DNA of 61,991 nt, counting the filler, from Basidiobolus ranarum (lineage: Eukaryota): NCBI GenBank assembly GCA_040143965.1. It is 26 parts of 26 records of this genome, joined end to end, with 100 filler letters (N's around TTAATTAATTAA, not from the genome) between each part and the next. Parts side by side here need not be neighbours in the genome. Positions count along the whole stretch, not along the records: positions 47,801 to 50,083 come from JASJQH010010406.1; positions 50,184 to 52,466 come from JASJQH010010407.1; positions 52,567 to 54,848 come from JASJQH010010408.1; positions 54,949 to 57,230 come from JASJQH010010409.1; positions 57,331 to 59,611 come from JASJQH010010410.1; positions 59,712 to 61,991 come from JASJQH010010411.1; 20 more parts are not named here. One strand, written 5' to 3'. The translations under genes were made by a program, and so were the position numbers. Below the pieces are notes generated by a model. The model had not been told where the DNA came from, did not search any database, and saw nothing but the letters and a program-made list of their open reading frames with translations. Shown here in pieces: positions 49,007 through 60,381 of the stretch (positions within the stretch are counted from its first letter, which is position 1; each line of letters opens with the position of its first letter).

Positions 49007-50083
49007 GATTTTTGGTCATAATTTTGACATAAGCAATGTATCCAAAGATCCTCAAATGTTTTACATCAGGTTTAACTCCAAACCAAGCTTGAAATGGTGT
49101 AGTGTTAGAAAGACTTCTAGTAAAATTCCTATTCTTAAGATATACAGCTGTAGCAACAGATTCTGCCTAAAAGTTATGAGATAAACTTTGTGCATTTATC
49201 ATAGATCTTGCCATTTCTGTTACAGTCCTGTTAGCTCTTTCAGCAACTCCATTTTGTTGAGGTGAACAGAGGGCAGCTGTTTCCTGCTTAATTTCATGAA
49301 CTTTGCAAAAGTGCTTAAATAGTGTTGAATTATATTCTTAACCATTATCAGTATGTATTTTCTTGTTTTTAGTTGCAGTTTCAGTCTCCACAAGCCCTTC
49401 TGAGGTGGCCTTGCATACAGATATTAGATTCTTGGTAATATCTGGAACATGTAGTACATCCTTAAAAGTATATACTTTCTCTTCAGAAGCTCCAGTTAAA
49501 TTGACTTGAATTGTTCCCATTCCAATAGCATCCAATATGCAGTCATCTCTCATGAAAACCTTTCTAATTGGGATATCTTCAGAATCTACAAACCAATGTT
49601 TTTCATTAGTGAAATGTTGGGAGGCTCCAGAATCAATGTACCATGTCTGAGAATCCTTATTGATAGTCATAGATAGAGCAGATATGAACAAGTGATCTTC
49701 TGTTATAACTGCATTTTCAGATTCAGTACATTAATCTTCTTTTGCAATTCTTTTGAAGCAATCTTTGCTTAAATAGCCAGTTTTTTTACAGTAGTCACAG
49801 AATGTGTTGCTTTTCTTCTTAAAGTGCTTTTACCTGTATAGGAAGGTTTCCCATAGCCTATTAAAGCATTTTCTTCATTCTTTTGGTTGGATCCTGATTT
49901 GTGCAGATCTTCATCCAGAAGTCTGCCAAATACACAATTTAAGGCCAAATTTGCAGTTCTTAATTCTGGAGCCATTACTAGGCTCTGAAACTCATGTGGT
50001 AGGCTATTGAAGACTTTAACTATGATATCTTGATTCTTAGTAGATTCTCCAATAAATTCCATTTCATCCACCAAAATGGTGAC
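49007..50083 (-). pseudogene. Copia gag (CCHC), protease and integrase, internally deleted
   Basis: CDYCKKTGYLSKDC; WYIDSGASQH; PQQNGVAERANRTV. Confidence 0.92.
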
Positions 50084-50183
50084 NNNNNNNNNNNNNNNNN
50101 NNNNNNNNNNNNNNNNNNNNNNNNNNNTTAATTAATTAANNNNNNNNNNNNNNNNNNNNNNNNNNNNNNNNNNNNNNNNNNNN

Positions 50184-50519
50184 GCAGCAAGTCCTCAAAG
50201 TTGTCTGGACTTACTGGTTTGACCAAAGTTGCATTTTGACCTATATCATTCTGGTCATATAACTGTGGTAACTCCATGGTATCTTGACTTTTGGCAGTGT
50301 TGCCAAAACTTTGAGGTAAACTACAGTCAGTTGATTCAATGAGCAAGACTAAAGTCAACTTAGTGCACTTATCACTGTTGTTATACACCTTTGTGCAGCT
50401 GGTTGCTTTGTATAGTGACCATGCTTGTGATTATTTTTTCTATGAAGCCTCTGGCTTTCATAGTACGAGAATTTGTGACAATAATAGCAGGGCTTCTTTA
50501 AATGTTTTTGTTGTGGCAT
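50184..50519 (-). pseudogene. Start of the CACTA-like transposase gene (MPQQKHLKKPCYYCHKFSYYESQRLHRKNNH, Zn-finger-like)
   Basis: ATG at 50519 on the minus strand. Its continuation matches 10255 onward, which leads into the Tnp2-like domain. Confidence 0.7.
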
Positions 50520-50731
50520 GAGAAGAATATTGTAGAAAAAAGAACACCTGCTACATAAGGGTGGTATTTTAGGTATAGCCCATTAATAGCATCAGCTGAT
50601 TCTGAGATGGTGTCGCAGATGTGTCATCAGGGGATTTACAAGATATTTCTGCAAATGAATGGCAACTTTGGTTTATTATAAGCTGTTTCTAAGCAATTTC
50701 ATTACACCAAGTTTACCATTTGAAAGTTTCA
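50520..50731. promoter_or_regulatory. Putative bidirectional promoter between the divergent transposase and ORF2
   Basis: 212-bp gap between opposed ATGs at 50519 (-) and 50732 (+). Function is inferred from position only. Confidence 0.5.
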
Positions 50732-52358
50732 ATGCCATTCAAAAAGCATTCAAAATCTAAATAAAAATTGGCTTCCGAGTCAAAGCCTGCTGCCACAAAA
50801 GGAAAAAAACCAGCAAGAACAGAGGACTTGATTGATGAGCAGTGTAGTAATCCACTATCCACTTTGGAAGGCATTTATATGCCGGAAACTAACTCAAGTA
50901 ATGATGAAGCATTGATCAATTTACCAGCTGTGTTCCTTTGCAGCAATAGTGCAAGTGAAGAGATTGTAATCCCCCAATTACATAGTAAGTCAATAGTTGA
51001 GCAAAGTTCAACCAAAACACTGTCAAGACAATCAACTTCCAAAATGGCCACCTTGCCCACTATTGAACAACCCTCTGTAGAAAATCTGGAAGGAATTATT
51101 ACAACAAGGGATTTGCAGGCAGAACACCATAATGATTTGTATGCAATCATACGTAAAAACTACAAAGCTATTATCCAGGCCATAACAAGCAATAATGCCT
51201 CAGTAGTGTAATTAATGCAGAGATTGGAAGCAACTAGTCAACAGTTAGAGAGTCACTCAATAATGATACAAGACCATCAGAATGCTGTATTTAAGCTACA
51301 GCAACATGCTGCTCCCTCCATCCATTCTCATACTGGATTTCAATCAAGCCCAAACTATATATATGAACATCACCATAACAATCTAGCAGAGCAGAATATA
51401 TGTTGGACCATTAAGCCTATACAATGACCCAAAATTGCTTGGGCATATGAAAGTACAATTCTCATGGGAAAACTGGCAAACCAAAAGACTCTGAATGTCA
51501 GAGCTGCCATCACTTGCTCTGATGATGAGTGGTCTAACATTTTGGAAACTGTTTGGAATCCTGCCTGAAATCACCTGGATTTGAGCTAATTATTGAAAAA
51601 CTAAAAACCAGGCATTACTCTGAAGGTTCTTGACTTATTTCATGTGGCTTATCCTAGGTTTTTGCAAGCAAATGGCAATTGGGCTAGTATAGGCCTATTC
51701 AGGAAACATCTCAAAAATGTATGCAATTGTTGACTTGGAAGAGAAAGAAAAGCAGCTAAAGAAGTACTCAAGGAGCAGGAAGTTAGTAAACCCAAGGGAA
51801 AAGCAAAGAAGCCAGTGAGTTTAGGCTCTACTGTCCAACTTACCAAATTCTTCACACCATTACAAAGCTCTGCATTTCACTAGTCAGATATACTGGCAAA
51901 AGAGCTTAATTTCCCAATGGAACCAGATACACTGGTTGGAAGAGTGCTAAATTTGCAAGTTTATCCAACACCTGGCATCTCTCAACAAGCCAAAACACCA
52001 GCAAATAAAACTCACGGCTCTCCAACCTCAACTGGTACTTTTCAAAGTGTTGAAATTAGCCCCAAAGTTAAAGGCAAGCAAAAGGCCCCACAAACACCAC
52101 ACAGCACCCTCAGTAGTGTCACACTACAAGGATGTACAAAAATAGGCAAAGTGCTTGTGGGGTATTTTGAAAAGTATGAAGGGAAAAACACAGTGCAAGT
52201 ATATAGAAAGTGGCTTCAGAAGAAGAACATTCTACTTGACATTCAGCCTGGTGTTGATCATGCAGATATCTGGGAACAACTTAATACAGAGTGGTGCAAT
52301 ATTGCAGGGTATCCGCCAGATAGCTGGAAGAATGTTGATTCAGCAATGTTAATACAAT
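50732..52358 (+). pseudogene. CACTA-like accessory ORF2, near full length (consensus roughly 590 aa), interrupted by a MITE at 52359
   Basis: ORFs 50768-51211, 51215-51427 and 51917-52375 chain together through stops and a frameshift. Many homologous copies occur in the window. Confidence 0.8.
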
Positions 52359-52907
52359 GCACTTGTTCCCTGTGATAGTGCCAGATTGTGCTATATATAT
52401 CATATTGGATAAAGCATTCTAAAATTGATGCAGCACAATTTGGCACTATCCAGCACCATCTGGCATNNNNNNNNNNNNNNNNNNNNNNNNNNNNNNNNNN
52501 NNNNNNNNNNTTAATTAATTAANNNNNNNNNNNNNNNNNNNNNNNNNNNNNNNNNNNNNNNNNNNNAAACATAATATACTTAATAGGGAATATACTGTGG
52601 CAAGTTCAAGAGTTGGGGTGTTGGGGACTACAAGGACCAATACAAAGAGGGATGATGTAAGGATGATGTAAGGATGATCAGGTGACCTTCCATGGAAGGT
52701 CTTGGCGGAAATACACTATGTGTGGGATGACATGATTGGTTAGGTTTCATGGAATGTTCCAAAGAACATGACTTCCATATAAGGTAATCTGGATGAACTA
52801 ACACAAGATTGCCAAGAAGGGATGGCACAGCAGATATGATGTCATAATCTAATAATAGAGGAGCTCTATTTGTAGTGGATCAGTATGCCAAGATCAGAAT
52901 CATGACA

Positions 52908-54848
52908 ATTGGTCCACACAAATCTGAATGAGTTATATCCAAATTTTTGGCAGATTTGATTAAACCTGATATCTTGAATGGTTGCTGACTTTTTTCCTAT
53001 ATGTGTAACCCCCACAAACCTCTGTCTTATTTGAGAGGTTAGTTTTAATTCCCAATATTAGCTGATTTATATTGTTCAACCAAATTATCAAATCCAATCT
53101 GGCTAAGTCTCTTGTGCTATAATTGAATGATTACTTGATTGGAATGACCTACACTTGCATATAAGCCACTTACATATAAGTTTGTATAAATTTCAATCTT
53201 TTCCCTTAGCTAAACAATTCTTATTTCAATCAATGATGATGCATCCTGACTTACAAAAATTTAATTTTAGTCCTTCTGAGATGGCCTTGCATAGAGTTAT
53301 TAAGTTCAACACATTTCTTTATAATCCACAAACAAATGTTATTCTTTTCAACAATGTTGGGAAACTCCATATACAAAATTTCATTTGCAATAATCCATGT
53401 TGGTAGTTGTATATAGAGCAGATATGAACACGGAAGAGATTTGCTGCTGCCATATTTCCAGATTCAGTACATTTTACTTTGTTTGCAATTCTTTTGAGCA
53501 GTTGTTATTTAAAAGTCCAGCTCTTTTATAGCTCTGCTATCCAGATCAGTAGTAGATGCTCCAATGTATTCTATTTCATGTGCTAAAATATTGACTCTTT
53601 TAGATTGTGATTTAATGTGTTCTCCTGGCTTCATTTTTAAGTTACAGAATTGTGTTCTTAGACACATCCTGTTGGCTACAAAATATGTTAGGTGCCTTCC
53701 TAGGCTTTTCTTACTTTTGTGGCCAACTATAATATTCTGAAATCCTTCTTCATGCAATAGGGTCTTGTGTTATAATTTTGCAAACTTGAACATTGGTTCC
53801 ATCCAATTCTTCAGAAGAGGGAAAAGTTTTGGATATTTGAGAAGTAGACATCACAAAGAGGGCAAGCTTCAGGCTCATAACATGTCATAGTATTTTGGGG
53901 ACTTGCTCAAAGTGGTTTGGAAAAATAGAGAAATTGGTGGTTTTCACTTGTTGATTTATTGAGTTGAACATTATCCTATAGAGTTTTGTCAAAATGTAAA
54001 CTAGCGTACTTATATACTTTGTTAAGGAAATTTCCAGGAACATGTGTGCAAAGTGTGGAGCTTCTAGCACAAGTTTGAGAAATCTATATAGCTGAGGATA
54101 TCCTAGTTGGTAGAAATATTGAGAATAACAAGCAACATCTTGGTGAAATATGGAATGACTAAATATGAAGCTATATATGACTCTATAGATGCCTAGACAA
54201 TGATAATTTCAACACAAGATAATCAAAGTTTTGGCAAATATGCTAGAAATCCCACATGTCATACTAGAGGCAAACATAGAGATATTAGACAGTATTTTAT
54301 TAGAGAGCCTATAGAGATCAGATTTATTGCTTTAACTTGTTATTCGATGGAAAATATGATAGCTGATATATTGAACAAACCATTTACTAGGCAAAAGTTT
54401 GAGAAATATATATCCTTTCCTTACAATTAGTATATGTTACTATTTAGTTGAGAAAGAGTGTTTAAACTAGCATAGCCTAAGCATTATTATAGTTTTGTAT
54501 TGCTCATAATCCAGTTATTCCGTATGTCACAAATATATCACCCACTACTCTCAATTAGAATTCCCTTTGAATATATCTAACATAGAAGTTCTGAGATATA
54601 TCAATTTTTCAAACTAGTGTTAGAGGCCCCAAACTCCGTACACATGTTCCTGTGACCTTCCTTAACACATTTTATTTGCTTATTTGGTTAAATTCTCACA
54701 ACACTTTAAATGTAAGCTTTTTACTCAATAAGTGAAAAGCGAAAACCATCATTCTCCTTGCTCTCCAAACCACTTCCTACAAACTCCTAAAATGCTTCAA
54801 CAGCAATAACAGTACACCTTCATAGAGGCTCTATATCTTAGCTGCATA
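52908..54848. mobile_element. Decayed Copia gag/pre-integrase (minus), LTR copies (about 53884-54213 reverse; 54459-54802) and RNase H fragment
   Basis: QFCNLKMKPGE; DNQS....ARNP..H.R.KH.DIRQYFIRE..MIADILNKP. Confidence 0.8.
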
Positions 54849-56015
54849 NNNNNNNNNNNNNNNNNNNNNNNNNNNNNNNNNNNNNNNNNNNNTTAATTAA
54901 TTAANNNNNNNNNNNNNNNNNNNNNNNNNNNNNNNNNNNNNNNNNNNNTACTGCAAGTTGGGCAAATATTGGCTGAATTCTTTACAGAAATTTGCCAAAA
55001 TCCAAGAGCTTATTCTCATTGTTAATGGTGACAAGAGTCAGCTATTTGCCAAGTGTCAGTGCTCTTCTAAATTTCAGCTGTTTAGCAATTTATCCACCAT
55101 TATTTGCTGGTAAAGCATATTGATGTTGTTGGGTTGTGTCTAATCAGTCAAGTGTGTACATATGCAGAGACTAAACACAACAATGTTCTTCTATTTTTTT
55201 ATTCTCATTATGGCTGTAATACAAAGCCTAAAATATCTGAATAAAGGCATGCATTTTAAATCAAATACCTACAGCAGTAAACCCAGTGATTTGCCATTTG
55301 AAAATTATATTTTTGCAAAAATTGCCAGATATTGAATAATGCATGCCAATTTGAGGATCAATATTTTAGCATGTATGAATACCATCAAGAAACCACCATC
55401 ACACCATCAAAATCCCTGGCAGAATGCAAGCTACCAATTTTGTGATGGTTCTCTAATGGTTTTGCTCTTTTGGAGGGTGGATCCAATCCGGATCAAATTA
55501 ATTTTATTTTTGTTAGGGAATATATAGTGCTCAATGGTAAATATTTTCATTAATAGAAGTTTACAATACCCTTGGGCTTGAAGGGAAACATGTCTGGCAA
55601 GTAGTTCAACCAGATGAAGAAGAGCAAATCTCTGAAGAAGAAAGTACAGATTCTGATACTGAAATAAAGAAGCCAGGGCAATGTTCAAAGAAAAAGACAG
55701 AAAGGTACTTGAGAATATTTGTCTAAGAGTGGGATCACAGCAACTAATGTTAGTCAGAGTTGTTGACTCTGCTAAGAATGCAGGAGAAATCCTAGTGGAA
55801 TATAAAGAGCAAAAAGAACTGGCTCAGTTAATAAAGCTACAAAGAAATACTTAAACTCCTGTATTTCTGAGGACCCAGTCACTATGTTACAGATCAATGG
55901 TGTCATCACACTTGCCCAACAACTGGAATCAGTGAGGTATGATGTACTAAAAATTGATATAGTTGTTGCACTCAAATAATGTTGAAGTATTTGGGAGCCT
56001 GTTGGAAGTAGTTTG

Positions 56016-56297
56016 TGTTGAAAGTCTGGTGACTTGTGGTACAAGCAGTAATTCCCAAAGAGAAAAATATGGAGTATGGTGACTGCATCTGAAGACAAAG
56101 TCTAAGGCCAATCAGTTGTTTGTATAGCTGAAATGCCAAAGTACCATACATTGACAGACTACGTGAAGATTCCCTAGCAATATAGGCGTAGCATACAAGG
56201 ACTGGTAGCTCAGTGATTAGAGCACCTTGCTAGAGTGAAGGAGGTCCCAGGTTCAAATCCTGGCCAGACCAATATTTCTCCCTAGATAATTTCAATT
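56016..56297 (+). mobile_element. 282-bp solo-LTR-like insert carrying a tRNA-like gene, nested in a Copia LTR (55980-56613)
   Basis: Exact 5-bp TSD GTTTG (56011-56015 and 56298-56302). Ends are TGTTGAAA...TTTCAATT, and the host LTR resumes after the TSD. Confidence 0.75.
56199..56271 (+). tRNA. 73-nt tRNA-like cloverleaf, anticodon AGA but short variable loop (pseudo-tRNA or Pol III promoter module)
   Basis: GGACTGG-TA-GCTC-AGTGATTA-GAGC-A-CCTTG-CTAGAGT-GAAGG-AGGTC-CCAGG-TTCAAAT-CCTGG-CCAGACC-A. A and B boxes are present; mismatches at A3:A70 and G31:G39. Confidence 0.8.
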
Positions 56298-57364
56298 GTT
56301 TGGACAATTAGAGGAATTGGTGGTTTTCACTTATTGATTTATTGAGCTGAAAGTTGACTTTTATAGTTTTGTCAAGATGTAAGCAAACTAATGTGTAGAA
56401 TATGTGAAGGAAGGTCCCAGAAACATGTGTGCAAAGTTTGGGGCTTCTAGGACAAGGTTGAAAAATCTATATATCTGTAAACATCTAAGTTGGAAAAATT
56501 GTACAAGTAAAATCTGATTGAGAATAATGGAAAATATCTTAGTGAATCATAAGATAACTAAGTACTAAGCTGTATATGACAATATAGGTGCTTAGGCAAT
56601 GTTAATTGTAACAATTAATAGTCTCCCTGTATCATATCCAGCCCTATTATTCCCCTGACAAAAATAAATTTATTTAATTTGGATTGGATCCACCCTTCTG
56701 GATTCCAAAACCATTAGATAACCATCACAATATTGGTGGCTTGCATTCAGCTGGGATTTCAATAGTGAGACAGTGGCTTCTTGATTGTATTTTGATGGTA
56801 TTCATATACATTAAAATATTGTTCCTCACATTTGGTTTGTGTTATCAATATCCAGTAATTGTTGCAAAAATCTTATTTTTGAATGGCAAATTTTTGGTTT
56901 ACTGCTGTTGGAATCCAAATTAATATGCATGCCTTTATTTACATATTTTAGGCTTTGTATTCCAGCCATAATGAGAATCAAAAACACAAGAATCTTGTTG
57001 CGTTTAGTCTCTATATATGCACATACTTGACTGATCAGACGTAACTCAACAACATTAATATGCTTTACCTGCAAACTAATGATGGAAAAACTGCTAAACA
57101 ACCAAAATGTTGAATAGCACTGACACTTGGCAAATAGCTAACTCTTGTCACCATTCACAATGAGAATAAGCTCTTGGATTTTGGCAAATTTCTGTAAAGA
57201 ATTCAGCCAATATATGCCCAACTTGCAGTCNNNNNNNNNNNNNNNNNNNNNNNNNNNNNNNNNNNNNNNNNNNNTTAATTAATTAANNNNNNNNNNNNNN
57301 NNNNNNNNNNNNNNNNNNNNNNNNNNNNNNCTTGACTTTTCAGATTCTGGTAGTGCTATCCATT

Positions 57365-57546
57365 GGACTTGTTCTCTGTAATAGTGCCAGATTGTGCTGT
57401 TTATATCATATTGGATAGAGTGTTCTAAAATATATGTGACATAATTTGGCACTATCCAGCACTCTCCGCCCCGATCAATTTCAATCACATTGACTCTAAT
57501 ATATTGATCCAAGGTCCAGTAAATCCTGGCACAATGCAACAAGTCC
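57365..57546. mobile_element. 182-bp MITE copy
   Basis: GGACTT...CAAGTCC ends; homologous to 2674-2855. Confidence 0.8.
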
Positions 57547-59611
57547 ATCAAGTATATAAAAGTTCAAAATGGAAGAAGGCAATCCAGTATCTATCTCAAT
57601 GAAGAAAAATCCTAGCATGGCCAAAAACGGCTCAGATAGGATTTGCTTGGATTGTAAAAAAGCCAGAAATTTACTTACTAATCTATTGGGGGTAGTTTGT
57701 TATATATTATGACTAAAACATGGCCAGACATTGCATACTCTGAGGGAGTCATCAGCTAATATATTCATAGTTAGGGATCTGAACAAAACAAAATAGTAAA
57801 GTGTATTTTCAATAATCAGAAACATATCATAGATCTATGCTTAAAATGTATATATATTGTGAATAAACTTTGATCTGATGGGATATTCAGATGCAAGCTT
57901 AGGCAGAGATATTGACCACAGAAGATCTAGAGCAGAAAACTGCATCTGTTTGGTGTTGAACATGTTTTTTGGAATTCCAAGATACAACTTACTGTAGACT
58001 TCCACAAACTGAAGTATAATAAATTGCTGCTTCTGATGCAGTAGTAAGAGCAATATTGATGAGAAAACTATTAATAGATATGAGCAATTCTTGAATTTTA
58101 CAGGCCAACTTGGTTGAGGAAAATTGTTGAAAAAAGCTTTGCCTAAGCACTTATGAAGTCAATATGGCTTAATATATACTAATCCTTCATCTCATCAAGA
58201 TACTACTAACAATTCTCAATCAGAATTGACAGGAAATATCTCTACCAAATGAGAAGTTTACATACATTTTGATTTTTCAAACTTGTGCTAGAAACCCCAA
58301 GCTTTACACATATGTACCTTGATCCTTCATTAACATATTATGCATGTTGGTTTGCTTACATCTTGCAAAGAGTATGTTTGTTGACTTTTGACTCAACAAC
58401 TCAATATGTGAAAATGACCAAATTCTCTAATTCCCAAACCACTTCCTACAGGCTCCAAAATACTTTCATAGATAGAGGGCATCATTCTATTAGCAAAACT
58501 ATAGAGAATCAGTATATTGACTTACCTCATTGCACTACAGCAGTAATGATTGCTGATTTATTAATCAAACCATGAGGTGTGGAAATGTTTTTGAAATTTA
58601 AACTGTCATTACAACTATAGTATATCACTATTTAGCAGACAAAGAGTGTAGAAGTTAGCATCTACAAATATCAATGTATTCATGAATAGCTTAGTACTTA
58701 GTTATACTATACTGCAGTATACTATTGTTAATCATTCTCAATCTGAATTTACTTTGAAAATTTTGACAAAAGTTTATGTTCTCATTTATATAGATTTTGC
58801 AAACTTTTGTCAGAAGTGACACACCTTGCATATATGCTCCTGAGACCTTCCTTAACACCTTGTACATATTGTTTTGTTTACTTCTTGATAAAACCACAAA
58901 TGTCAACTCCATGCTCAATTAATCAACAAGTAAAATATCAGTGTTCTGTCATTTTTCTGGCCACTTCCAAAAGGCTCCCAAACATCATAACACAAAGATC
59001 CTCCAATGTTTTACATCAGGTTTGACTTTAAACCAAGTCAGACAGGGTATGGAGTTAGACTTTCATTGATGCATCTATTCTTTGAATATATCAATATAAT
59101 AACATATTCTGCCAAAATATTATGAGATATCTCTTGTTCATTTATTATGGATCCTATAATTTCAATTAAAGTGTTTTTAGCTCTTTCTGCAGCTGCATTT
59201 GGTTGAGGTGAGTTGGAGGTAGTAGTTTCTCCCTTGATTCCAATGACTTGCCCAAGTGAATAAATGATGTTGAAGTATATTATGCTGATGTTGGTTCCAG
59301 TTCTAATATCCACAAGAGTCCTAGAACTTACCTAAAAAAAAGTTGATTCTTTTCTTTCCATAAATGGATCCAAGTGTTTCTTGTATAATCAGCAATAAAT
59401 ATGTTTATTTATCTCTATCAGCCAAGAGATAAATTTTACATAGATCCACCTACATCTAACTTATCTCTATGCAATTTATTGATAGATATAATTGAACCCA
59501 AGTTCTTGAAAAGTTGCCTGGCTTGTTTTCCATATCTAGAGCCCTGGTAATTTTCCATGGTGCTTGCAAGATTGATTTGAGGTCCAAAAATTTGGCAATT
59601 TTCAATCATTT
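57547..59611. mobile_element. Highly decayed Copia RT/RNase H with LTR copies, then a reverse Copia integrase fragment (about 58995-59600)
   Basis: GYSDAS; SPQPNAAAERAKNTLIE; LTR homology at about 58125-58468 and 58650-58990. Confidence 0.75.
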
Positions 59612-59840
59612 NNNNNNNNNNNNNNNNNNNNNNNNNNNNNNNNNNNNNNNNNNNNTTAATTAATTAANNNNNNNNNNNNNNNNNNNNNNNNNNNNNNNNN
59701 NNNNNNNNNNNTATATATGATATATGTTCCGATTTTCAGCTAAGTGATATTTGACTAAGTAATGTTAACTAACTTATATGTGATATATGAAATAGTTAGG
59801 CTTATAAAGATAGAGATAATAAATATGATAAAGACAATAA

Positions 59841-60381
59841 ACTTCAACACTCAGAAGGGCTAAATTCAATTTTGATAAGTCAGGATGCATAATCACTGCT
59901 CAAAAGGGAATTATTCAGCTTTGGGAGAAAAGGATCAGAACTTGTACAAACTTACATATAATCCAAGAGGTTTCTGGGTAAATATAAGTTATTCCAATCA
60001 CCAAACTATTTGATTATGGCATAAGAGATTTGGCCATATTGGATTTGTTAGTTTGAGCAAAATGATCAAAAATTACCTTATATCTGGAAATCAAATTAAC
60101 CCCCAACCAAAATGGAAATTTGTGAGGGTTATGTAAATGGAAAAACAGCCAGGCAACCATTCAAGAGCTCTTGTTTAATCAAATCTGTCAAAAAATTGGA
60201 TTTAATTCATTCAGATTTGTGTAGACCTGTGCAATATTTATCTTTAGGTAAAAAAAGATATTTGTTCACATTTATAGATGTTTATACAAGATACACTTGG
60301 GGCTACTTAGTGAAAAGAAAAGAAGCACTCTCTATCTTTAGAGATTTTGACACACTTGTGAAGACGGAAACTGGAACTAAA
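59841..60381 (+). pseudogene. Copia GAG-pre-integrase and integrase N-terminus
   Basis: LWHKRFGHI..CEGYVNGK..RQPF..LDLIHSDLCRP..YLFTFIDVYTRYTW. Confidence 0.9.

Noticed and set aside
56199-56271. Functional tRNA-Ser(AGA) or evidence of codon reassignment
   Set aside because: It lacks the long variable arm, has acceptor and anticodon stem mismatches, has no clear T4+ terminator, and sits inside a nested mobile insert.
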